A stretch of 64,000 nucleotides of DNA from Terriglobia bacterium (GCA_963748015.1 CAVVHE010000009.1:64001-128000), one strand, 5' to 3'; positions 1 to 9,608 are shown, counted from the first letter of the stretch. Translations and numbers: made by a program. The notes: generated by a model not told the origin, from the sequence alone.

Positions 1-1028
1 AGCGGGGCGGAAGCGCCCGCTCGCTCGCGAGCGTGCTTCAGGAGGAACGCGATCGGCAGGCTCGAGAAATCCGCGAACGGATGGTCGGTGAGCTTCGCCG
101 CCTCGTCGAGGGCCGCGAGCGCGTCCGGCGTCTCCATCCTGGCGACGTCGAGCTCGGCGCCGAGCCGCCCGGCGATGCGCTCCGCGAACTCCCGCTCGGG
201 GTCCTCGCCGCCGAACGCGCAGTAGAACGACCGGAGGGGCCCGCCGCCGCTCTCGCTCAGGTAGCAGCCGTAGAGGCTCGAATCGATCCCCCCGCTCAGC
301 AGCATCAGGGGGCGCGACGGCGCCAGGAATCGCGCGGAGCGCCGAAGGGCCTCCTTCGCCGGAGCGAGGAGCTCGTCGTCGCCGCGGTTGCTCCGCGGCC
401 CGCTGTCGCAGGGGAACCGCAGCTTGAAGAACGGGGCGGTCCGCTGCGAGCCGGCGCCCACGCCGTACGTGAGCGCGTGCGCCGGAGGGACCGCGCGGAC
501 ATTGGCGCCGATCGTCATCGGCTCGGGGATCGCCCCGTACTTGAGGTTCGCGTAGATCGCGATGGGGCTGACCTCGCACCCCACGACGCCCAGCAGGAAG
601 CGCAGGTCGGACGAGAAGACGATTCCTCCCTTCGCCGCGTGGTAGTACATCCGCCCCGATCCGGCTCGCTGGGACACGAGGAGGAGCGTCGTCTCCGTGC
701 CTCGCCGGCTCGCGACCGCCATGCGGAAATCGCTCGAGATCGTGTCGAGCGCGGCGAGGGCGTACTGCCGGAAGCGCGGAACGAACTCGGACGCCAGGTC
801 GAGCGCGCGGTACTCGCCCCCCTCGCCCGACGCCACCAGCAGGTCCTGGCTCACCGCGACGACGTCGTCCGAGACCGACGAAGCGGTCCGGCGATCCCGG
901 AAGGGCTCGTCGTGGAAGAGGAACCCGGCGTCCCAGATCGGGACCGTCGCGAAGCCCGAGGCGAGCCGGGCGGCAAGGCGACGATCGAGATCCTCGTCTC
1001 GCTCGCGATGGATGTATCCGCCGATCAT
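1..1028 (-). CDS. Asparagine synthase-like protein (partial, runs off the left edge)
   Basis: Translated by hand from ATG at 1028, which overlaps the nuclease stop (ATGA): MIGGYIHRE...GIVFSSDLRFLL...LMLLSGGIDSSLY. The SGGxDS PP-loop is typical of the Asn synthase family. No N-terminal Cys. Absent from the ORF track because it has no stop inside the window. Confidence 0.75.
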   Translation of the reverse strand, partial: MIGGYIHRERDEDLDRRLAARLASGFATVPIWDAGFLFHDEPFRDRRTASSVSDDVVAVSQDLLVASGEGGEYRALDLASEFVPRFRQYALAALDTISSDFRMAVASRRGTETTLLLVSQRAGSGRMYYHAAKGGIVFSSDLRFLLGVVGCEVSPIAIYANLKYGAIPEPMTIGANVRAVPPAHALTYGVGAGSQRTAPFFKLRFPCDSGPRSNRGDDELLAPAKEALRRSARFLAPSRPLMLLSGGIDSSLYGCYLSESGGGPLRSFYCAFGGEDPEREFAERIAGRLGAELDVARMETPDALAALDEAAKLTDHPFADFSSLPIAFLLKHARERAGASAP

Positions 1029-1567
1029 CGGTCCTCCCCCCCTTGCCGCGGCGGCGGGGCGGGTCCCGCGGTCGCCGGCCCCCAGCGGCCTCGCTCTGCC
1101 GCCCGGGCCTTCTTCTCCGCCGCCCTGTAGCGATCCTCGCGCGTGAACGCGAACCGCGTGTAGGCCCGCGCGAAGCCCTCGCGGATCATCTCCTCGTTGA
1201 AATCGGTCCCGTCGTCGAGGACGACGTAGCGGAGCAGCCGGCCGTACTTGTCTCGGTTGCTGCAGAGGCGGTCGCGCTCGAGGGCGACGGTCTTGCCGAG
1301 GAGGCGCGAGCGGGCAAAGGCGCGCGCGTCGTACGCGAGGTCCCGCCAGGCGTGGCGCTCGTCCTTGAGCTCGGGCGCGTCGATCCCGATGAGGCGGACC
1401 TTCTCCTTCACCCCCTCGAGCCGGACCGTGACCGTGTCGCCGTCGGAGACCCACACGACCCTGCCGGTCTCGACGCGGGTGGAGGCGATGGAAAGGGAGG
1501 AGAGGAACAGGGCGATGCCGGCTCCCGCCAGGAGCCGGCCTAGCGCCACGCGAATCGACGCCGTCAT
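1025..1567 (-). CDS. Thermonuclease (SNase-like), secreted
   Basis: Signal peptide, then VSDGDTV, VRLIGIDAPE, RDKYGRLLRYV and NEEMIREGFA motifs. Confidence 0.92.
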   Translation of the reverse strand: MTASIRVALGRLLAGAGIALFLSSLSIASTRVETGRVVWVSDGDTVTVRLEGVKEKVRLIGIDAPELKDERHAWRDLAYDARAFARSRLLGKTVALERDRLCSNRDKYGRLLRYVVLDDGTDFNEEMIREGFARAYTRFAFTREDRYRAAEKKARAAERGRWGPATAGPAPPPRQGGEDR

Positions 1568-1589
1568 GGCGCCATTATAGGTGGCGCGA

Positions 1590-2423
1590 TCAGATCCGGT
1601 GGAGCGGTCGGAGCTTCTTCGGGGGCGCGGAGCCGATGCGTCCGGTGCGGAGCATCTGGCGGAGCCGGGAGATGGCCTCGCTCTCGATCTGCCGAACGCG
1701 CTCGCCGCTCAGCCCGAGGCGCTTGCCCACCTTCGTCAGGGATTGCCCCTTGGCACCGTCGAGCCCGAACCTGAGGCGGAGGACGTCGCGCTCCCTCGGC
1801 GCGAGCAGCGCGAGCGCGCGGCCGACGAGCAGGAGGGCCTGCTCGCGGATCACGGCGTCCTCGGGGCTCGGGAGGAGCTTGTCGGCGAGGGAATCGGACA
1901 GGCGGTCGTCGCGGTCGTGGCCGACCGGCGCATCGATCCAGAGCTCCCTCATCTGGGACTGCATCAGCCGCTGGACGGACTCGACGCTTCGCGAGAGCCG
2001 CTCGGAGATCTCCGTGGTGTCCGGCCGGCGCCCGAGCTCGTGGCCGAGCGTCTGCTCCGCGTCGCGGACCCGGCGGATCTCCTTTCGCTGGTACTCGGGG
2101 AGGCGGACTACCCGCGTGTGCTCGGCGAGCGCCCTGAGAATCGAGCGGCGTATCCACCAGACGGCGTAGGTGACGAACTTGTTGCCGCGGGCCACGTCGA
2201 AACGGTAGGCCGCCTCGACGAGGCCGACGTTGCCCTCGTTGAGCAGGTCCTCGAACGGCATCCCCATCCCGCGGTATTCCGACGCGACCTTCGCGACGAA
2301 GCTCATGTTGGACTGGATCAGGTCGTCGAAGCTCTCGCGGCTTGCCGTGGCAGGCCGGACCGACGGTGTCGGGACCTCGGCGTCGAGCTCTCGCCGAGCC
2401 GCGCTCGCCTCACCGTGGATCAT
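1590..2423 (-). CDS. Alternative sigma-70 factor (RpoD/RpoS-like, regions 2-4)
   Basis: DLLNEGNVGLVEAAYRFD..RGNKFVTYAVWWIR (region 2) and SLTKVGKRLGLSGERVRQIE (region 4). Confidence 0.92.
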   Translation of the reverse strand: MIHGEASAARRELDAEVPTPSVRPATASRESFDDLIQSNMSFVAKVASEYRGMGMPFEDLLNEGNVGLVEAAYRFDVARGNKFVTYAVWWIRRSILRALAEHTRVVRLPEYQRKEIRRVRDAEQTLGHELGRRPDTTEISERLSRSVESVQRLMQSQMRELWIDAPVGHDRDDRLSDSLADKLLPSPEDAVIREQALLLVGRALALLAPRERDVLRLRFGLDGAKGQSLTKVGKRLGLSGERVRQIESEAISRLRQMLRTGRIGSAPPKKLRPLHRI

Positions 2424-2635
2424 CGAAGCGCCCTCCCCTTCCTCCTGAGATGCAGCGGCCCTCCCCGACGCAACACGGATATTGTTGATCCTTGAAGATC
2501 ATTATACATCCTAGACTACAAATCTTTCAACCGCGAAGAGGGTGGAGGGGATGCCAGGGGTTTCGCCGGGGAGAATGGGCGCGGTCGGGCTCGTCGAGAC
2601 GAAAGCGAGACGAAGCTTGGGCTCGGCCCCGGTCG

Positions 2636-2962
2636 TCACACCCCGGAATCGTAGGCGGCGAGGGCGGCGGGCAAGACCTGGGTGACCCCGAGTCCGGCGG
2701 CCGGCAGGCCGATCAGGACGGCGCCGATCACCTCGTCCCGCGTCGCGCCGGCTTCCCTGGCCAGCCGCGCGTGGAAGGGCACGCCGCTCTCGAGTCTCAG
2801 GGCGGCGAGTACCGACAGGTACGCGAGCCGGGCGGTCTTGGGGTCGAGGGCGGTGGCCGACGCGAGCCCCTGCACCGCCGCGTTCCATGCTTCCGCGTGC
2901 CCCGGCGCCTCCGTCAAGAAGGCTCGAAACGCCGCGCTGACTCCTGCGAGAGGGTCTCCCAT
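2636..2962 (-). CDS. Carboxymuconolactone decarboxylase (CMD/AhpD-like) family protein
   Basis: ALDPKTARLAYLSVLAA..GVPFHARLAREAGATRDEV; ATG at 2962. Confidence 0.85.
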   Translation of the reverse strand: MGDPLAGVSAAFRAFLTEAPGHAEAWNAAVQGLASATALDPKTARLAYLSVLAALRLESGVPFHARLAREAGATRDEVIGAVLIGLPAAGLGVTQVLPAALAAYDSGV

Positions 2963-3072
2963 GCGTGCTCCTCCGTTGGGGCGAGGGTTGCGAACGCGCA
3001 ACCGCCGGGTATTGTCGCCCAACCGGAGGTCGTGTAAGAAGGGCCGACTGCCGGCGGGGCGGCGGAGTGCTC

Positions 3073-4290
3073 ATGGCGGAGAATTGCGCGGTCGCCTTCG
3101 GGCGCTACCTGAGGATGCTCCGGGAGCGTCGCGGCCTGTCCCTCGACGACGTGGCGACGATGTCCCGCTCCCTCGCCGATCCCGTGGACAAGAGCTACCT
3201 CTCCCGCTGCGAGAACGGCCGCCACGGCATCGGTTTCTCGAAAGCCATCACGCTGAGCCGCATCTACGGCGTCCCCACCGAGGTCCTCGCCGAGCGCCTG
3301 GAGCTCGACACCGAGCTCGACCGCATCGGCGGCCCCGACACGTCGGGCCTGACGCCACGGCGAGCTGCAGAAGCGGGGGGTGGCGGCGTCGAATCGCGGC
3401 GCCGCGTTGGGACGCTTACGCGAACTTCAGGGACTCGGTGCATCTCGCGCTGCGCGCCGAGCTATCGCCGACGTTCCGGGACGCCGAGGAGCAGCATCTC
3501 ATCGCGTGCATGAACGTGAGCACGGCGGCGGGGCGGCTGGGGAGGTCTCGTTTCGCGCTGCACGAGCTGGAGTACATTCGCGCGCGGAATCACCTCGGTG
3601 CTGGACCTCGAGCCTCTGCTTCTGGATCTGCTGTCCTGGCGATACAGGGTTCTTGGCGAGACTGGAGAAGGCTCGACGCCTCGCAGACGAGGCCGTAACG
3701 CAAAGCTGAGCAGGACGGGTTCCGTCTCGGCGCGTGGCTATGCGTACGCGAATCGAGCCCGTCTGGCTTGTCACGAGAGGGACTTCCGGAAGGCGATCTC
3801 GCTGTATCAGGTTGCGTTCAAGGCGCACGAGCAGGCTGGCACGATCGAACGAGTGCGCCCGTGCGCTTACTCAACATCGCGAACGCCTATGTCGAAATCG
3901 GGAGCGGCCGACGGTCCGCGCGAGCGAGCACTGGCATCGGCGGAGCGACTTGCCGCATCGGTCGGCGACACGCGGGCACGCGTGCTCAACCGGATCTGCT
4001 CGGGGAAATTCGGAGGCCGATGGACGGATCGACAGGCATCGCGACGACTGGCACGAAGCGGTCGATCTGGCGAAGAGCCTTAACGACAAGATCCTTCAGT
4101 TCAAGGCGGAGTTCTGCCTCTATCGCCAGGCCGTCGCAGCGGAGACGAAGAGGACACCGCGAGAGCGCTCGGAAGAAGGCTACTGAGACTCGCCGCGTGG
4201 ATCCCGCAGACGTCGAGGAACTGGCGCAGTTCAAGGAACTGTCGGACGATTTCGATCCAGCGAGCGAGAAGGCGCGTTCCCGCCACGGCA
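3073..4290 (+). pseudogene. XRE-type HTH plus TPR-like helical-repeat regulator, multiply frameshifted (decay or assembly error); end approximate
   Basis: HTH FGRYLRMLRERRGLSLDDVA..KSYLSRCENG. TPR-like fragments (GYAYANRARLACHERDFRKAISLYQVA; LLNIANAYVEIG; WHEAVDLAKSLND) are spread over all three frames. Confidence 0.7.
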
Positions 4291-4332
4291 ACCTCAGCCC
4301 TTGCCTCGTCGCAACAGATCATCGCTGCCCCC

Positions 4333-4391
4333 TTGAATCGATTCCCAACGAAGGGTACAACGTCGCAGCGTTCTCGAACTGCACAGGAGGT
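4333..4391 (+). promoter_or_regulatory. Sigma-70 promoter and strong RBS for a small ORF
   Basis: TTGAAT (4333-4338), 17-bp spacer, TACAAC (4356-4361); AGGAGGT at 4385-4391, ATG at 4396. Confidence 0.6.
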
Positions 4392-4395
4392 ACCC

Positions 4396-4586
4396 ATGAG
4401 CGCGAGAGATGTCCTCGCTGCCTCTTGCTAGTCTCGTGGTCGCTGCATGGTGTCATCGGGGAACTGGTTTACGCGGAGGAAAACTCCCTCGATGCCCTCC
4501 CCTCCTGCCGCACTGCGCAGCTCGAACCGCGGACCGACACTTGCAGCGTCCGCCCATTCCGTGCGGGTGAATTGCCAGATCGTTGA
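4396..4586 (+). CDS. Putative small secreted peptide (needs at least one frameshift correction)
   Basis: As written it reads MSARDVLAASC*. One indel joins it to LLLVSWSLHGVIGELVYA|EENSLDALPSC..., giving a signal-peptide-like N-terminus with a VYA cleavage motif. Confidence 0.4.
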
Positions 4587-4767
4587 CGATCGGCGATCCG
4601 TTCCCGTCGGGCCAACGCCGAAGCGCGCGTGATCCGATGAAGTGAGAGCGGTACGCGGGTGCCGCGGTGGGCAGGAACGGGCTGACTCGACTCTTGGAAA
4701 GGCAGCGCAGCACCCATCGCTGAGCCGATACGCCCTGGCGAAACGAGCTGCTGCTCCGCCTCCTCCC

Positions 4768-5157
4768 TCAATTCACCGAATAAGGCTCGCTGAGGGCGAA
4801 GGGGGCGATCTCGACGTCGAAGAGGTCGCCGCGCGGCGTGACCATCTGGTAGGTGCCGTGCATCGAGCCGAAGGGGGTGGAGAGCGGGCAGGCGGAGGTG
4901 TACTCGAAGCGTTCGCCGGGGTCGATGACGGGCTGTTCGCCGATCACGCCGGGGCCCTGGACCTCCTCGACGTTCCCGTTGGAGTCGGTGATGATCCAGT
5001 GCCGGCTGAGCAACTGCGCGCGCTCGTCCCCCTCGTTCTCGATCGTCACCGTGTAGGCGAAGAACCACCTACTGTCCTCGGGGCTCGAGTGATCGGAAAT
5101 GTACTTCGCGCGGACCTTCACGCGGATCCCGCGCGTCACGGCCTCGGACGTCGTCAT
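4768..5157 (-). CDS. apaG: ApaG protein
   Basis: FAYTVTIENEG..QLLSRHWIITD..GPGVIGEQPVI..FEYTS..GSMHGTYQM. Confidence 0.95.
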   Translation of the reverse strand: MTTSEAVTRGIRVKVRAKYISDHSSPEDSRWFFAYTVTIENEGDERAQLLSRHWIITDSNGNVEEVQGPGVIGEQPVIDPGERFEYTSACPLSTPFGSMHGTYQMVTPRGDLFDVEIAPFALSEPYSVN

Positions 5158-5274
5158 GCTCTCCCCCGACCGTCCTTCCTGGACGTCCTTACACTATTCG
5201 CTGGCGCCCGGCCGCGCAAATGGCCGCGGGCGGGGCCCGGGAGCCGCGGCGGGGTGTGTTATTCTCCGGCGCCG

Positions 5275-6711
5275 ATGGAAACCCCGGGCCCCGATTCCAC
5301 CCGCATCCTGGCGAGCCACCTCTACGATTTCGCGGTCTGCGAGCACCGGATCGCCCTCGACGTGAAGCTGGACCGGTCGCTGCGCACGCCGCCCGACGCG
5401 GCGATGCGCCTCCTCGCGGAGCACGGCAGGCGCTTCGAGGAGCGGATCGCGAAGGAGCTGGGCTACCCCGAGGTCCGGGTCGAGGCGGGGGATTACAGAG
5501 CGGCCGCGGCGGCGACGCGGGACCTCATGCGGCGCGGCGTGCCGGGGATCTACCAGGGAGTGCTCCGCTCCGGGCGCATGCTCGCGCAACCCGATCTCCT
5601 CGAGCGGGCCGACGGCGCGTCGGCACTGGGCCCCTTCCACTACGTCGCCGGCGACGTGAAGTCCGCCGTCGCCGCGCGCTCGGACGCGGCGCTCCAGGTC
5701 GCCTTCGCGGCCTCGCTTCTCGAAACGGAGCAGGGGCGCGCGCCGGAGACGGGGTTTCTCGTCCTCGGAGACGGAACGCGCGAGCTGTTCGAGCCCTCCT
5801 CGATCCGAGAGTCGCTCCGCCTGGCACTCGACCGCGTGACCGAGATCGCCGACGGTCTGGACTCGACCTTTCCTTTCTTCTCCCGCCACTGCGCCCGCTG
5901 CCGCTGGAGGGGCGAGTGCCTCCCCGGCATCGTCCGCGGGCGGGACATCTCGCTGGTCCACGGTCTCACCCGGACGCGCCACCGCGTGCTGCGCCGCCAC
6001 GGGATCGTCACGGTCGAGGACCTCTCGGGCGCCGACCGCGCCGCCCTCGAGCGCGCCGGCGCCCCCACCGACGGGCTCGATCGCCTGAAGCGGCAGGCGC
6101 GCGCGCTGATGGAGTCGCGCCCGGCCGGGCGCCGTCACGTGAAGGTCGCGGCGGGAACGCGCCGCGAGTACTACCTTCGGATCGAGAGCGACCCGCTCGA
6201 CCCCGGGGACGCGTTCCTCTTCGCGTGGGGGTCCGGCCCGGCGCAAGGCGGTCCGCTCGAGATCACCGGCGCCGCGCTCGGGGGAGGGCCCGAGGACCGC
6301 GAGCGGTCGTTCCGCAGGCTCCTCGAAGCCCTCGACGCGGGCCGCTCGCGCGATCCGATCCATCACTTCGGCAGTTCGACCGCCAAGGCGTTCGACGCCT
6401 GCGCGGAAGAGCTGTCGCTCGACCCGGCGCTGATCGGCGGCGTCGAGGGGAGGATGGTGGACCTCTCCCCGGCGATCCGGCGCGCGGCGGCGCTGCCGGT
6501 GCATCTCTACCGCTTCGACGAGGTGGCGGCCGTCGTCCGGGGCGAGCCGTGCCCCGCCCCCGACGCGCCCGAGGACGCGCTCTTCGTGGACTTCGCCAAC
6601 CTGCGCGAGGCGGCCGACCCGTCCCCGCTGCGCGACCGCCTCCTCGCGGCGGGCGGCGCGGCCGTCGAGTCGCTCCGCGCGATCCGGTGCTGGCTGGAGC
6701 CGTCGCCATGA
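5275..6711 (+). CDS. TM0106-family RecB/Cas4-like nuclease with a degenerate C-terminal RNase H-like domain
   Basis: PDLLER..GDVK PD-(D/E)xK motif; Cys set AVCEH plus CARCRWRGEC; helix-hairpin-helix-like DISLVHGLT..GIVTVEDL. Confidence 0.8.
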   Translation: METPGPDSTRILASHLYDFAVCEHRIALDVKLDRSLRTPPDAAMRLLAEHGRRFEERIAKELGYPEVRVEAGDYRAAAAATRDLMRRGVPGIYQGVLRSGRMLAQPDLLERADGASALGPFHYVAGDVKSAVAARSDAALQVAFAASLLETEQGRAPETGFLVLGDGTRELFEPSSIRESLRLALDRVTEIADGLDSTFPFFSRHCARCRWRGECLPGIVRGRDISLVHGLTRTRHRVLRRHGIVTVEDLSGADRAALERAGAPTDGLDRLKRQARALMESRPAGRRHVKVAAGTRREYYLRIESDPLDPGDAFLFAWGSGPAQGGPLEITGAALGGGPEDRERSFRRLLEALDAGRSRDPIHHFGSSTAKAFDACAEELSLDPALIGGVEGRMVDLSPAIRRAAALPVHLYRFDEVAAVVRGEPCPAPDAPEDALFVDFANLREAADPSPLRDRLLAAGGAAVESLRAIRCWLEPSP

Positions 6712-8498
6712 GCGCGGCACGGCGCCGCGGCGAGCCGCCGGACGGCACGGCGATCTGGGCCCGTCTCGAGCGGCTCCTGCACCGCGAGGGGAACGCGGTC
6801 CTCATGGGCCACCGCGACCTGCGCGCGCTGCCTCCGGACGAGCGCGTGGAGCGCGGAGAGTGCCTCGCGGGCCTCGGCTGGCTCGGCGAGGCGCCGCCGG
6901 GCACGATCCGCCTGCGCTGCGCCGAGAACCTGTCGAAGTGGCGCCGCGGCGACTCGCTGACGCTGAGGTCGCGCGAGGACGAGCGGGGGATCGCGGTCGT
7001 CTACGAGCGGTTCGAAGCGGCGACACGGACGCTCGTCGTGAAGCGCGACCCGTACCGGGGCGGCGGCGCCGTGGACGAGACGGCGGCGCTCGTGCTCGAC
7101 CCGGAGCCCGTCACGCTCCACACGCTGGCGATCGAGACGATCGCCTCGCTCGGGCAGCGGACCGACCCCGCGGCGGCGGCGGCGCGCTCGGTCCTCGAGC
7201 TGGCCGCCGAGCCGGCCATCTCGGACGCGGACGAGCGCTTCGCCTCGCTTCGCCTCGGGACCGAGGCCCTGCGCGGCCTCGACGATTCCCAGAAGGAGGC
7301 GTTCCTCGCCGCGGTGACGAAACGTCCCGTGGCGCTGGTCCAGGGACCGCCGGGGTCGGGCAAGACCTACCTTCTCGCGCAGGTCGTCGCGGCGCTCGCG
7401 CGGCGCGGCGAGCGGATCCTGATCACCGCGTACACGCACCGCGCGGTGAACAACGCGCTCCGCAAGCTGGCCGAGGTGGACAAGGGCCTCGATGCGCTGA
7501 AGGTCGGCCCCGCTCACGGCGCCGACGACCTCGAGGGGACCGGTGTCGCGCTCCTCCGGCGGTTCGGGGACGTCCGGCCGCCGAGACCGGGCCGCCCCCA
7601 GGTCCTGGGGGCCACGCTGTTCGGGCTCCGCGGGGCCGTGGGGAAGCTGAGCTTCGACCGCGCGGTGTTCGACGAGGCCGCTCAGGTGCCGCTGGCGTTC
7701 GCGCCGTGCGGGATGGCCGTCGCGTCGCGCTTCCTGTTCGTGGGGGACCACCGGCAGATGGGCCCCATCGTGCAGGGCGACCACGACGACCCGCTGGCCC
7801 GCACCTCCGTGTTCGAGTACCTGGCGAGCAAGTACGAGCCGGCGCTGCTCCGGACGACCTACCGGATGAACGATGGGATCAACGCGTTCCCCAGCCGGAC
7901 GTTCTACGGCGAGCGCCTCGAGGCCCATCCCGAGGCGGGCCGGCGGCGCTTCGGCCGGGTGGAGGGCGGGGCGTTCGACGCGGCGCTCGACCCCGAGCGC
8001 TCCGCGGTCTTCGTCACCATCCACCACGAGGGGTTCCGGACGCGTTCCGCTCCCGAGGCGCGCGCCGTCGCCGACCTCGCCCTCGAGATGCTGACGCGCC
8101 AGCGGCTGCGTCCCGAGGACCTCGCGGTGGTCGCCCCGTACCGGCAGCAGATCCGCGAGATCCGCACGCTGCTCCACCGCGCCCTCGATCCGCTCAAGAT
8201 CCCGCTCCCGGTGGTGGACACCGTGGAGCGGATCCAGGGGCAGGAGCGCGAGGCGGTGATCGTTTCGCTGACGGCGTCCGACCCGGAGTATCTCGCCGGG
8301 GAGCAGGCCAAGTTCTTCTTCTCGCCGAACCGCCTGAACGTCACGCTGACCCGCGCGCGCACCAAGCTGGTGATCTTCGCGAGCGGCCACCTCTTTCGCG
8401 CGATGCCCGCGGCGTTCGAGGACCTCCGCAACGCCGACCTGTTCAGGCGGCTCTACGCGGAGCTCCCGCGCGTGGACCTCTCGCCGTCCTATCTGTGA
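6708..8498 (+). CDS. SF1 helicase, UPF1/DNA2-like (AAA_11/AAA_12)
   Basis: QGPPGSGKT, FDEAAQ, VGDHRQM, YRMN, TVERIQGQERE, RLNVTLTRAR; ATGA overlap with the nuclease stop. Confidence 0.9.
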   Translation: MSAARRRGEPPDGTAIWARLERLLHREGNAVLMGHRDLRALPPDERVERGECLAGLGWLGEAPPGTIRLRCAENLSKWRRGDSLTLRSREDERGIAVVYERFEAATRTLVVKRDPYRGGGAVDETAALVLDPEPVTLHTLAIETIASLGQRTDPAAAAARSVLELAAEPAISDADERFASLRLGTEALRGLDDSQKEAFLAAVTKRPVALVQGPPGSGKTYLLAQVVAALARRGERILITAYTHRAVNNALRKLAEVDKGLDALKVGPAHGADDLEGTGVALLRRFGDVRPPRPGRPQVLGATLFGLRGAVGKLSFDRAVFDEAAQVPLAFAPCGMAVASRFLFVGDHRQMGPIVQGDHDDPLARTSVFEYLASKYEPALLRTTYRMNDGINAFPSRTFYGERLEAHPEAGRRRFGRVEGGAFDAALDPERSAVFVTIHHEGFRTRSAPEARAVADLALEMLTRQRLRPEDLAVVAPYRQQIREIRTLLHRALDPLKIPLPVVDTVERIQGQEREAVIVSLTASDPEYLAGEQAKFFFSPNRLNVTLTRARTKLVIFASGHLFRAMPAAFEDLRNADLFRRLYAELPRVDLSPSYL

Positions 8499-8514
8499 CG
8501 GCGGCCGGGGCCGC

Positions 8515-9445
8515 TCACACGGCGTAGGCGACGAGGTGGAGGGGGCGCCCTTCGTGCCAGAGCGCTTCGCCCTCGATGCCGTCGCCGCGAATCGTCATCT
8601 CGCGCCCGAGTCCTCGCGACGGGCGGGTCGTGACCCGCGCCGACGCGAGCGCGTCCATCCAGGCGCCCGGCTCCACCGTCGAGGCCGCCGCCCGAGGGTC
8701 CGGCCCGGCGTCCGCCGCGTGCGCGGCCTCGACCCAAGCCGGGACGGCCCACGGCGCGAGTGCCCTCCACGCCGCCGGATGGCCCGCGACCTCGAGGCCG
8801 AGGAGCCGGCCGCGCGAGAGGGCGACGATCCCGACCTGGCCTCGCACGAGGCCGATGCTCTCGGAGCGGCCGACGGCCGCGGCGGGCATCGGGGACGCCG
8901 TCTCCGCCCTGTCCGCGGCCGGGCTCCGGGGCTCGCACCCGGGAACGACGGGGGTCGACCGGGCCGGCCGCGACCGAGACCACCGCGAGCGGCGGAACGA
9001 AAATGGAGCCGGCCGCCACCCGATCCGGGTCGCGCACCTGCAGAGGCTGTCCCTCGAGGATCAACACGGGCTCGCCGCCGCGGTTCACCGCTTCGACCTC
9101 GTCCGCGCCCGCGCCTCGCTCCCGGAGCTCGAGGACGCCGGCGGACAGGGCCTCGCGCAGGAGGAGCTCCCGTGTTCGTGTCGCCCTGCCGATCCGCAGG
9201 GGGATCAGCTCGACGCCACCGTGGTCTTGCGCCGGAGCTTGCGCGAGCCCCCTGATCCACGCGGAGAGCCGGAGCGCTCTAGCCTCGTCGTTCATCGCCT
9301 CGCTCAAGAGGGCGCCTCCCCACTCCGGCAGGTGGCTCGCCGGGAACCCGAATTCGTGCAGGAAAGCGGTGTCCCGGAGCCCGGCCGGGCCGCGTCTGGG
9401 ATCGATCGCCTGTGCTCGACAGTTGCCGGACCGTGACGCTCCCAT
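8515..9445 (-). pseudogene. ARPP-1/DUF6569-like protein, frameshifted at about 8870-8950 and shortened
   Basis: N-part LLLREALSAGVLELRE..VNRGGEPVLILEG in one frame; C-part GQVGIVAL..GLEV..SRGLGREMTIRGDGIEGEALWHEGRPLHLVAY in another; GAGGAGAGG RBS before ATG 9445. Family recognised from memory, not by a search. Confidence 0.6.
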
Positions 9446-9608
9446 GCACCTCTCCTCGGAAGGAAGAACACCGCCTCAACCCCCAAGTATCACCGCGGCC
9501 CGCGAATTCCCTCTTTGTTTACCAAGAATTCAACGACCGAAAGACGGTGGCTCGGCCTTCTTGGAACTCCTGACGTCATTGGGACCCCTTGCCGCCGTTT
9601 CTTGCAAA

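Noticed and set aside
33..1130. Long ORFs antisense to or overlapping real genes (for example 33-1130 +, 19247-23194 +, 28427-31018 +, 49823-52585 -, 54557-57367 -)
   Set aside because: These are shadow ORFs expected at high GC. They carry no motifs, and the opposite strand or another frame holds a recognisable gene.
9446..9602. c-di-GMP-I riboswitch in the leader
   Set aside because: There is only a vague resemblance, and the GGCAAAC/GNRA P1-P2 features are not found. It is kept only as an unspecified stem.
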